A stretch of DNA of 61,715 nucleotides, the filler included, from Diploschistes diacapsis (taxonomy: Eukaryota): NCBI GenBank assembly GCA_023645945.1. It is 5 parts of 5 records of this genome, joined end to end, with 100 filler letters (N's around TTAATTAATTAA, not from the genome) between each part and the next. Parts side by side here need not be neighbours in the genome. Positions count along the whole stretch, not along the records: positions 1 to 25,865 come from JALAIB010000197.1; 4 more parts are not named here. The stretch is one strand, 5' to 3'. The notes under the pieces are model-generated. The model saw only the letters and a program-made list of their open reading frames with translations. It had not been told where the DNA came from and did no database searches. The position numbers were made by a program, and so were the translations under genes. Shown piece after piece: positions 13,892-24,552 of this stretch; the stretch's first letter is position 1, and every line of letters begins with the position of its first letter.

Positions 13892-14496
13892 GTGCCTGGC
13901 AGGATTGATATCTTCGCTCTGGCCATGGAGATTGTCCTAGTGCTAGAGCAAAATGAAAAAGTGAGTTGAGGCTACCGTCTACTTTTTTACCAGCCAACTC
14001 GATTCTATCACTGCAACTGATGTTGATGCAATGCCTTTTTAAGTCGACTGGAATGTTCTTGCGCAGAAGCTGGGCTCCGCTTCCGGCCACGCGCTGTCTG
14101 TGTGCTGGTGTACCACCAAGAAGAACTACAAGAAGAACGGGTCTCCCGCAGCTTTTAACGCTCGCTAATCAATCGGTTTTTAGAGTCTAATGTATTTAGC
14201 TTTGCTGACCTCGACCCTATAGCTCTCCTGAAAAGCCAAAGGGAGTGGCTGCCAAGGACTCCCCCAGTGGAAAGGGGAAGGTTGGCAAAACGGCCCCTGC
14301 CAGGAAAAGGGGCAAAAGAACTATCGACCAAATCGTGACAGAGGCTCTGAACGACGATGAAGCTAACAAAGAGTCCCCTGTTTCAGTCAAGAAGATCAAG
14401 ATGGATGATGGTGTCAAGGATGAAGCGCATGAGGTTGCCACTGATGCGCAGGTTGCGGAGTGGGCTGAGGATACTCTTTCTTCCACTTGGGCCTGA
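13892..14496 (+). pseudogene. Cluster member E: apparently decayed paralog of D and F
   Basis: Exon-like segments GRIDIFALAMEIVLVLEQNEK|VDWNVLAQKLGSASGHALSVCWCTTKKNYKK...|SPEKPKG...VKKIKMDDGVKDE...WA*. The expected start is GTG (13892), the intron-1 acceptor reads TAA|GTCGAC (14040-14042) instead of TAG, and the intron-2 donor position reads CTAATC (14165) with an in-frame TAA. Confidence 0.7.
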
Positions 14497-15038
14497 TGGT
14501 GCTCGTTAACTCCGTGGGTGTCTGCTTGACGAGAAGCCAGCTTGAAGATGATCGTGCAGTTTTTACATGGCTATGATGATTCGATAGCTGCACTATGAAG
14601 CACATGGAATTGTTTTATCGGGTTAATAGCTACTTCTGCAGAGAAACACTCGAATTGAGATCTGATCTGCCACACTTATGAATACTTGCAGCTTACTGCA
14701 ACTACCTGAGTATTGATGACTCTCGTCGGCCTGCTTCGTTAGGAGAAAAGATCAGGACCTATACGCCTAGCGGCTATATAAGAGAGCTGTTGATATAAGG
14801 CGTGAGTTCATTGAAGGCTACATTTACACAACATGACTTAGCTGTAGCTTTTTAAGATCGGCTGCATGATCTGTCAAACAGGTAGAGAATCGTGAGGGCT
14901 CTAAACGGGATGCTCAAAGAGCGTTCGAACAGCACTTGACATTCCTGGAAGCATGGGGGGCACGTATCGTTTCCTTTCCACGATCGTATTCAGCGAGTTA
15001 GTGAATGCAACCGCAGAGACCGCTTCACCTCGTTCCTC

Positions 15039-15046
15039 TATAAATA
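15039..15046 (+). promoter_or_regulatory. TATA box of member F
   Basis: TATAAATA followed by a CT-rich leader, then a 5'-UTR intron (15164-15209) and the ATG at 15228. Confidence 0.55.
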
Positions 15047-15227
15047 CCTTCACAAGAATTTTCTTTTCACTTCAACTCTTCCTTCTTACATCTATCCATC
15101 TCCCATCTCGCTCTACGCTCTCGATTCCGCATCGAAACTTCGCTTGCATACCGCTTGTTATAGGTAAGTCATAGGAAGAGATTACGCTCATGAAGCTGAT
15201 CATCCAAAGCACATTTCAAGTTCCAAC

Positions 15228-15895
15228 ATGTCTGACAGCATTGCTGAGACCACACCCAAAAAGGGCGGTAAGCTCGACCATTACGCCCTTGCCTACGAAG
15301 TAGCTATGGCCTATGAGTCCGGTGAGGGAAAGGTAAGAGTCTAGATTCTACGGCTTACCAGTAGCACTTGAGAATTTTTGCTTACCGCTCTCACAGCCAA
15401 ACTGGAGCAACATCGCAGAGATTGTCGGCTCTGCTTCTGGGCAAGCGGCCCTGAAGTGCTGGCAGGGCATGAAAAAAAAGCGCGAGGCCGAAAGGAAAGA
15501 TGGACCCAAGGTCGATGGTACTAAGAGCAACGGCGGAGACGATGCCTTGAAAGCCAAGTATGTTGCTCACCCTCAGTCCCTAATTCGAGCCTCTGACGTA
15601 GATCTACAGAGCTACTAAGGTTGAGAAAAAACCCACCACGCCCAAGAAAAAGGCCTCTAAAGCTACCGCCGCTGCCACTGCCGAGCCTGAGACTTTTGTC
15701 GCAAAGACCCCTTCGCCCAAGTCCCCCAAGGCCAAAAAGGGTGGTAAAGCTGCCAAGCAGAGCGTTAAGGTACAGGAGAGCCCTGAGGAGACGAAAGTGA
15801 TCGAGGAGATTGGCGCTATCGAGGCTGATGGTAGCGCTGAAGTAAAGTCGCAAGGGAATGAAGTCATCAACGACCAGCAGGATGTCGAAGAGTGA
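15228..15895 (+). CDS. Cluster member F: small Myb-like protein with histone-H1-like K/A/P tail; exons 15228-15332, 15397-15557, 15610-15895 (absent from the ORF track on this strand)
   Basis: Splicing gives MSDSIAETTPKKGGKLDHYALAYEVAMAYESGEGK|PNWSNIAEIVGSASGQAALKCWQGMKKKR...LKAK|ATKVEKKPTTPKKKASKA...KTPSPKSPKAKKGGK...QQDVEE*. Same two intron positions as D. Confidence 0.85.
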
Positions 15896-16192
15896 TTCTT
15901 ACGTTGGCGACATACGCTGGCTTTATGATCTATAGCGTCTCTTGATAGTTCCGAGTCGAATTGAAGGGCGGATCACTTACCTAGTAGGTGAAGCAGATAC
16001 GTGAACGAATCAAACCAAAGGGTGATTCTAATCATTAGCGTTTGATTCTCGTCGTGCTAGCTGCCTTGGCCACAACCCTTGACTATTATTCGGATGCAAA
16101 TAACATTTATTCTTGCTAAAGCAGACACATACAAACTCCTCGCTGCAGAATTCCCACCTAAAGCCTGACGCATCGATGAAGCTACTGCGTAT

Positions 16193-16781
16193 CTAATGCT
16201 CCTCCATTTTAATAGCAGTGTCTGTGTCACCGGATACCACTTCATCGCTGTCTCTCTCCTTCTTAACGATCTTCCCCACATTTTCTTCAGCGTCGTTCTC
16301 GGTCTTCACCGCAGTCCAAACTTCTGTAGAGAAGGTATTTGCAGAGACAAGAGCTGGATCGACGTTGGTGGCGAAGGCGGTATCGGAGCTACAAGCCGCG
16401 CCACCGGTATCCGTCTCCTCTTCTTCTTCCTCCTGGGTATCCTCCCCCCCTTCGCTCTTCTTCCGAGCAGCACGAACCCTCCGCTTCCTTTGCTTGCGCT
16501 CTTCCGGATCCGTCGCGCGGGTCCTGCGGCTGGGCTTCTCACCCTCCATATTCTGTTTGAAGCGATGGTACCGCATCCTTGCCGCGTGTCCCTTGCCGAT
16601 GCCCATGTCGTCGGCTACCTTTTGCCAGTTCACCTGTTATACGTCAGAGCACATCCGGACATGATCTAGCCGCTGTTGGTCACTTTACGTTCTTCAGCTC
16701 CATTTGTTTGAGGATGACGTAGAGGAACTTGGCGCAGTCTTTGTCGTTCGCTGGCGGCGCTTTACGCAGAGAGGAGGCCAT
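16193..16781 (-). CDS. Cluster member G: fungal Myb-like DNA-binding domain protein; exons 16781-16689, 16633-16193
   Basis: GTAAAG...CTGAC...CAG phase-0 intron gives KDCAKFLYVILKQMELKN|VNWQKVADDMGIGKGHAARMRYHRFKQNMEG, a recognisable conserved Pezizomycotina motif (KFLY.ILKQ.....+W..VA....I..GHAARMRY.RF). Confidence 0.9.
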
Positions 16782-17703
16782 AACTAAGCGCTGGAATTGT
16801 AGAGACTATTGGAATGAATTGATGGGCTTGAGAATGACGAGAACTCACGCTAGCATAAGCGAAGTGGAATGAAGTGAGGTCTGGAGTGAAGAACACGAAA
16901 CAGGAAAGGGGATTTAATAGTTCGACGCGGGCCGCTCATTTAATAAGCTTCTGCTTCTGCCATTTTACCAATCAATATGTCCGTTGATCACCATCCATGT
17001 CCCGTTGAGAAAATATCAAAGGACATTCATGGCTGAAAGAAGCTTTTGTTGCAGCTTTTTACCCTCTCCAAAAGCACCTGCGGCAGCATGCATGCTAGCC
17101 CCTGAGTTTTGTCGCTGTCGGAAACTACGCTTTTTGGCCTAGTGTCGGGTAAAGACCTTCGCTTAGTGCCCGATGCACGTGCCTGCCTGTCTGTGCACGG
17201 ATCTTAGGGAACCTCCGCAGAACATGCAGCTTCGCGATAAGAAGCTTTGCATCTTGGTATGTCCTCATGCAACGTAGGAGGTAATCGATACCTTAAGCTG
17301 TTCTCATGCTGAGTACAAGCGCTGCAGCGCATTGTCAGGTTCATAGGCTCTAGGAAAGCTACTTATGAATTTTAAAGTAGTCTTGACACTAACCTTGTAT
17401 CTTCAAGTTTCTTCCATCTTATCGACAACGAGATCAATTTGATACCTTGTAAAAACCAGCAAAAAGATAAGAACAGAACGTTGCTTTGATCTCGATATAT
17501 GGTTTGTAGTAAACTCTCTCTAACGCTGGTGGCTATGCTGAGTTGACTTGCACAGACAGCTTATAATTAAAGCGCGACGTTCTTTGGAGACTTCAAATAG
17601 ATCACAAACTTCGCTTCCTACCTTGAACCTAATTGGATTCTGAAATTGCTCTCCCCGCTCGTTTCTATCTCACACACAGAAAGGCCAGGACAGGGCAACT
17701 ACC

Positions 17704-19086
17704 ATGCGCATAATCATTGTCGGAGCGGGCCTCGGCGGCTTAGCAGCCGCATATTGCTTTGCGCACAAAGGACACGAGGTCAAGCTCCTCGAACGGCGGC
17801 ATGAATTGTCGAAGAAAGGTGGCAGCATATCCATTCGGCCCGGCGCAACGCGGGTTCTGATATCCTGGGGACTAAAAGAGCAGTTCGAAGCCATAAGCGA
17901 CAACTTTGCTACCACACTCTTTCGTGATCTCTATACTGGAGAGATCATCAATAGCAGCATTGCGGTCGAAGTGTCAGACTATCCTGACTGGGGTACCGAG
18001 AGAGGAGTCACCCAGGAGGTTCTGTACAATAACGTTGTCAAAGCTGGCGCCGAGATCAGGATAAACTGCCAAGTCGACGATGTTTGCGAAAACGCTTCCG
18101 GCGCAGTAGTTGTACTTGGAGATGGAAGCACGATCATGGGGGACATTGTTCTAGTTGCTGACGGTATCCGATCACACTTACGGGGCAAGATTCTTGAGGA
18201 TGCCTCTGCCTCGGTAGATCCATTGGCGAGCAATGTTACACTCTATGGGATGAAACTTGGGTTAGAGGAAGCCCGCAGTGATCCCGACCTAGCGAAGGTA
18301 TGCGAAGACACGAGCTTGAATGTTTCGTTTGGAAACGGGACGTTCGTTGTGTTTCGAGTGAATGAGAAATTGCAGCAGTTTGGGGTTCTTTTTGGCGTGA
18401 AGGGGTTGACAGACCAGAAAGGCCTATGGGATGAGGTAAGCTCTGACGGAAACTCTCTGAAGGCGCTCGCTCAAATGCCATCTCAGGATGGGAATGTAGA
18501 TCACGTGCGAAAAGTATTTTCGAATGCGAACCCAGCTCTAGTTGCTGCATTGAAGCTAGCCACTTCGTGCGACCGCTGGAGGCTCGCTGAATTGCCAGAC
18601 CTGCCTCGCTGGTGTAGCAAGGGCGGCCGAATCCTTCTACTGGGTGATTCGGCTCATGCGATGTATCCGAGCGCCGCGCAGGGCTTCTCCCAAATAATCG
18701 AGGATATTGGAGCTCTAGAGTACCTGCTCTCCCTTCCAAAGCCTATCCGTTCTCTTTCTGCGTTATGGGAAAGCGTTCGCAAGCCTAGGGTGGAGAGAAT
18801 CAAGGAGTACTCTAATGCGAACACTCAAATGTTCCTTGGAAACACCCCACGTCCCCCCAAAATGGCTTCGTCCTCCCCAAAAAACCCCCAGTCAAAGGTT
18901 AGATCCTTGAAGTATGTTACGCCAGACTCGTCGGCCCCATTTAATACTGCTGGCTTCTACAAATGGGCATATGACCATGATGTGATTCAAGAGGTTTGTT
19001 GATCTATTTCGAACTAAGCTATTTGGATTGTTTACATCTTACAGGTGCGGGACCGTTTGAACGCCGAGATATTGCCAAAACTATGA
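17704..19086 (+). CDS. FAD-dependent monooxygenase (salicylate hydroxylase-like, group A); introns 18436-18486 (in frame) and 18994-19044
   Basis: GAGLGG Rossmann motif, DG motif (VLVADGIRS) and GD motif (LLGDSAHAMYP..AQG). The last exon ends ...EILPKL*, a possible weak PTS1 variant. Confidence 0.92.
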
Positions 19087-19209
19087 ATTACACATTTGAT
19101 GCGGAAGTCGTCCTAATGAAGACGGTGCCCAAGCCCAAGTACATCCAAATATGAGGTACTCCACGTGTCAAACAACTTTTCTAATCCTACACTCACGGTG
19201 CACTCGACT

Positions 19210-20110
19210 TCACCAAGTCGTTTTGGTGCCCTCTGCCAATGGTTTCAATGCCTTCACTACCACTCAATCGAGCAGTCCAGCCGGCGTCACCCAGAAGGCC
19301 GTCTGCTGCACCCAATGCGGCTAATAATCCGCCACGCTAACCGCCTCGCTTCCCATCCTTTCCAGGCTCGTCCTTGCTATTTCCCGCGAGCTCGGGACCA
19401 GCCACGACGTTGTTTCTCTGCGATCCTGGTTGCTCTGCACGCTCCTAACCACGACTTCGAGGATTTCGACTCCCTCCCCTGCAGCACGTTATTCGGCAGC
19501 GATAGCACACGTCCAGGCGTGGATGGTGCCTCTTGTGGCTTAATAGACGGACAGAGGGATTTCCTTGTATGCTTGGAGACTTATATTCATAAGCAAGGAA
19601 CGAGATTGGCGCTGGAGGATGGTAATAAGAGATAACGTCAGGTGCATGGTGAAGGTGATGTTCAGCGATATGAGCGCGCGCTGATCTCCGCCTCGCTGTG
19701 GCTGGAAAAGGGCTTGAAGTCCTGATCAGCGGGCCGCTGCCGCCGACGTTGTTTATGAGAATGGTGAGGGGGATGGTCGAGACGGCTTCGGCTATGGATC
19801 GAATATCTGCGGCCGTAAAGTCGAAGGCATTGGCGATGACGTTACGGAATTGAGTATTGGGATGGGAGGGCCGGAACTCTTCGCGCACGCGCTCAAGCTT
19901 CTGTGCGTTTCGGCCTTGCAGAACCATGTTGAAGCCGTGATCGCTAAGCTCCTGCGCGAAGCCGCGGCCTATGGTGTCGCTGGCGCCGGCAACAAGGGGC
20001 CCAGTTAGTTTCTTCGCCATCATGGTGGGTGAAATAGTGCTTGATAGAGGAGGGTTGGAGGTAGAGGAAGGGTGCCGGAGTCGTGGTGGGTTGTGATTAA
20101 TGCTTTCATG
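19210..20110 (-). pseudogene. Short-chain dehydrogenase/reductase (17beta-HSD / 3-ketoacyl-CoA reductase-like) pseudogene
   Basis: YLQPSSIKHY...NWA/frameshift/LVAGASDTIGRGFAQEL...LQGRN...LINNVGG. Further frameshifts follow, the catalytic YxxxK reads VY*ATR, and there are additional in-frame stops (AAE*, DY*PH, LD*). Confidence 0.88.
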
Positions 20111-22156
20111 GTCTGGGTTCGTACAGCTACTGTAACTCGGCGCGGGTTTCGTGGCTCGTTTTATCTATCCGATTTGGAGAAGACTATCTACCCGGTTGTG
20201 CCGGTCGCGATGCAATTGGCTCGCTTGATGCTCAGGCTCCGAATCCGGCCCGTTCACCCGCGGACTAGATTTTGGTGCGAAAGAACGGCTGTTGGAAACG
20301 TGAACCAAGAGGTCATTGATGCAATGATATGGTCAGGCCAGTTAAGAGTAGAAAGGGGAAGTATTCGGCGCCGACCTAGAGCATCGCCAAACCTTCAAGT
20401 CGAGCATTGCGCTTACTAAGTATTATAGATGTTGAAAAGACGTCTCGTGCTGGGATATCCCCACCAAACATCCTTTCTTGAACACAGTGGGTAGGAAATT
20501 GATTTACCTTCCCTAAGAACACTCTGCCTGGATCTCAAGTGGCAGTTCATAAAAGACTTGAAGCCAGCGAGCGCTGCTGGCTCACGCCTCCATTGGCGCA
20601 CGAGCGATTATCCCCGATCCATGACCAACGTCTAGTTCAGCGCGTAGAATAAGGTATGGGTATAGAGAGCCGGACAGCCAACTGCCGTGTTCCTGAGACT
20701 TGATGGGGCAAGACGCTAGTTGCTAGGGTGGTTATGAGGATTTCCAAGTTCTTTTCCGGGCCACAAAGGCCCTCAGTCACAGGTCGCGCGGGGAGAAGCG
20801 CAGTGCGCAAGGAGAGATGGTTGCTGTGGCAGCTCACAACACTTTTGGGGCTGCTGAACTTGGCAGCGTATTGAGGTGAGGCGAGCAGGAGTGCCAAGGG
20901 GAAAGTCCCATCAAAACGAAAGAGCAGATAAGTCGAAACCTGGGATGGGGCAGGGTACTTTTATGGAACAAATTTTTGTGTACCTTCATGGTGTATCGAC
21001 TTCGGAGACAGCAAATTCAGCTTCAGCTCAAGGCCATGCCTTCCAAGGTCTCTATCGCAAGACATGGGGATGTTGATCGTTGTCTACCACGATGGTCCGC
21101 CGTTGAGAGTCGGTGTTAACGAGTACTATTCCTCCTAGAAGCTTCTTCCTTGGTGCGTCACTACCATACATCATCCCGAACGGGTTTCTAAGACCACGTC
21201 CTTGCTCGCAGCCTGACCTAGCAGCTAGCCGGAGTGCGACGCGGACACAGAGTCCAAAGAGGGAGAGGCGGCGAGCGTCGCCCGAGATACGCTGGAAGCT
21301 CAGATCCGCTAGAGCAATGGTCGTTGTCCTTTCAAACCCCATGTCCATCTCAAGCTTCCTTCCATTATTCTTGGATATCCTCACTACTCTGAACTTGCCG
21401 TATATCGTCGGGCACGTTCGTTATCCGACTGACCTCTGAACCCTAGCCCTGTGTCTGCCTCGGGCTTTGGCTTCCCTTTCTAAATATGCGATGGCTCTCG
21501 AGGCCGGCACCACGGAGCGGTGAGAAACGGTACAAAGTCCCGCCGGGGATGCGTCGGCATTCCACACGCATGCGCCGTGTTCATGGGGCCGGATATGGGG
21601 TTTGGATTGCAGCACGCGAGGATGCCCTTTGATTGCTCTGGATGCTGGGCTTCTCTCCCTTCATGATGCTTGTCAGAGAAATCTGTTGCCGCTTCGTTTC
21701 TCTCATGGGCGGTTGGGTTAGGGCATCGGTAGCTGGATTGGTGCCGCTTTTATGATTTTGAGCGAAAATTCGTTAACGTTTTCTCGCCCCGTATGTGGAG
21801 GGTAGGGAATGCTTGCTAGGAATTGACGGTCTATGGTTTGTTCCAGTGCAAAGTTCATCGAAATTTATCAAGTACGGCTAACTTGCAACGTGTACGAGGG
21901 TCTTTCTACTTTGGAAGACGGTACAATGGACTGGAACGTGTACTGGATAAGATTACAGTGATGTGATGGTATTCGTATTAGGCTGTGCTAAACTGATGTC
22001 ACTGTTTAGCTTGTGCTTCGTTGTAAGATACATGTCCTCCTTTAACAAAGCCTAATGACGTTAAGATTCACCCCGGAACACCCAGGCGCATAACGCTTGA
22101 AGAAAGCAAGAGAGTAATGATCAAGCTTCAGCGGACTTCGAAGTTTGTTTAAAAGC

Positions 22157-22945
22157 TTAGACCAAGTCTCCGAAGATGTCACTAGCCTCGGCTTTAAGAT
22201 CGCTGATAATGTCAAGCTCGTTCTCTTCATCTTCGTACTCCTGCTGTTGGGCCTGGACGTGATTCTGCGTGATCTTGGCTTTTTTGCCTGGCATTGGCTT
22301 TTGGACATCTTCATCAAGATCGACAAATACGCCATTACTAGTGGCCGGGTGGTACGGGTAAACGGGTGCCTGTTGATTGTGATTCCCGTTGCCCTTCATA
22401 GATGTCTTCTGCTTCTTTGCATCGCTTGCACCCGCATCAGAGCTACCTTTCTTCTTTACGCCGTTGGGCTCTGTGGTTGCGAGGATATCTTCGTCATCGG
22501 ACTCGGCCTTGATCTTGCGCTTGCCGGGAGTCGATAGCTTGCTTGGGGTTCCTTTCTTCGGGGTGTTGTTGGTGCCATCGGTAGCACTTTCTCGCTTGTT
22601 CTTACGGAGACGGAAAAGGCGCTCCTTAATGGCACGAGCGGTGGGCTTCACCTCGCCTTCTGCTGCCTGACGTGTTAGAACAGGATGGGATAGGGAGGGG
22701 AGTACTTACGCCAAGCGTCGGCAACTGCTTGTGCGTTGGGTGAGATATCGGAGGTTTCAATGATCTTGAGGAGAAGCTGTGAAGGTAAGACAAGCACAAA
22801 TCAGATGTGACAGAAGGAAGGCTTTCTCTAATGGGCTGAACAAGGAGGATACTGGAAGCTTCAATGAAGCTTCCGGAGGTGAGGGTGGGAGGTATGGCAG
22901 ACGGCTCACCAGCTGGTCATTTTCCGCGGTCCATTTGATTGGCAT
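22157..22945 (-). CDS. Cluster member H: small Myb/SANT-like protein with TPKK/TP.K-rich tail; exons 22945-22910, 22776-22710, 22662-22157
   Basis: Splicing gives MPIKWTAENDQL|LLLKIIETSDISPNAQAVADAW|PEGEVKPTARAIKERLFRLRK...TPKKGTPSKLSTPGKRKIKAE, a recognisable conserved fungal hypothetical family (MP+KW..E.D..LLL.I+ET...WP...KPT.RAI.ERL). Confidence 0.9.
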
Positions 22946-24552
22946 CTTGGCGTGTCTGCGAGTGATGCAGGGTAAAGCTGAGAAACAAATGAGAAGTAAT
23001 GGTCTACTTCTGGAATGGAAGAAGCGAGCTCCGGATTGATAGAGAGGATTTCTGAGAAGTGGAGAAGAAAGGAGAGCAGGAGGGAAGGTAAAGAAGATCG
23101 AAGGAGCTCCAAGGATGAGCTGAGTGAAGGTGAGTAAAGAAATGTTCCAATATCACGGAATGAAGTAGCTTGTCAGAGTGTGGTTAGCTTTGAGTTATGG
23201 ATTTGTGCTTTTAAGTTGGCTGGCGCTGTAACATGTAATTCATGGAGCGATAAGCAGCTAGAGAGCGAGTCTTCCATTTTAATCGGGTCAAGTCCTTGGG
23301 AGTGCATTGAAATGCCATGCTCCGAGCGGACCAACTCTGCCGCAGCAAGTAGCTTGGAGACATGTAGATTGAAGCACATCGTGGACAGCAGGAGACAGGA
23401 CGGCATGTTGTTACATGTTACCCGAACAGGCCATTCATTCTACGCTAAACCCAAAATATCTGCACGGTCTTGGCGTTGAATTTGTTTGAATTTCACTGCA
23501 AATCTTCACAACCTCCTCGTTAGTCGAACTCGAAAAGTAAAAGCATCTGCATCCACCGCTCTGCCCCCGCGCGTCATCAAGCCACCAGCCAACCTCGAGT
23601 CTGTACCGCTAATGCTGCTGAACTGCACGGTACATGACAACCAGCAGGGTTCCTAGTATGAACATGTTCTCAACCGGCAAAAAAGAACTACATACCCCTG
23701 CCGATTCTTCTGTGAGATTTCTGACGAGGCGGTCTCCCCAGACAATAATATGTCTTCTGCAAGCAAGCATCCCTTTGCGCATTATAGCCTGTGGTTTTTG
23801 ACGCATTGCAAGATCATACGCGGTAACGGCAAGATACCCCGATGCGTCAGGCTATTGACCAGATACCCTAAAGACCACAGTCTCTCCCGTGCCAGGCTGG
23901 TGTTCTTAACATGTACCACCTGGTAGGTATATTGTCAAAGTACCTGAACATGTCTTCTTCCCGTTTCTATATCGTGCTTCGGCAAAATAATGGCAAGGCT
24001 TAATCTAGTTCAGTTATGCTTCGCTTTTCTAAAAGGAGATCCAATCAGCTTTGGGCTAAAGAACCATTAAAAGATGACTTCTAACTAAAGACTGGCCCTG
24101 CGTTTGGAAAGGTTTCCAGTATTCATGACCGGATATGATGCCAAGTTCATTCAGTTACACTCAAACGGTATTGAATATACATGAACCTCTCCTCGCCTCT
24201 TTACATTGCTCTTCACACCTCAAAACTTCTTCTAGACCTTCCACCTTGACTTGGCATATCGACATATTGTCTTCGCTGCACTTCATCTCATTCACTTTCT
24301 TCTCCCTTAAGACGCAAGTATTGTAGGACCTTCAACAGCTCACTATCGACTATCCATCTGATTCTCTGACAAGGTAAGCTCATTCCAATCTCACAAAAAC
24401 CACCGCACTGTATGTCTTGAACCCAAACCCTTGTTCAGGCGGCTTTCTTAATTTCTCCGTTATCTTCTGTTCTGGGAATCTCCTTAATTCATCTTCGTGC
24501 AACCATTTCCATACTTCACCATCTACCGATTTGACTCTGCTCGGCCTTCTAG

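Noticed and set aside
19210..20110. Stop codons in the SDR as targets of A-to-I stop-restoring editing
   Set aside because: Multiple frameshifts and loss of the catalytic Lys cannot be repaired by editing; ordinary pseudogene.
20416..21615. Short ORFs between the SDR pseudogene and member H as a possible tenth cluster member
   Set aside because: No W...LL...W...A helix pattern or coherent exon chain found on either strand.
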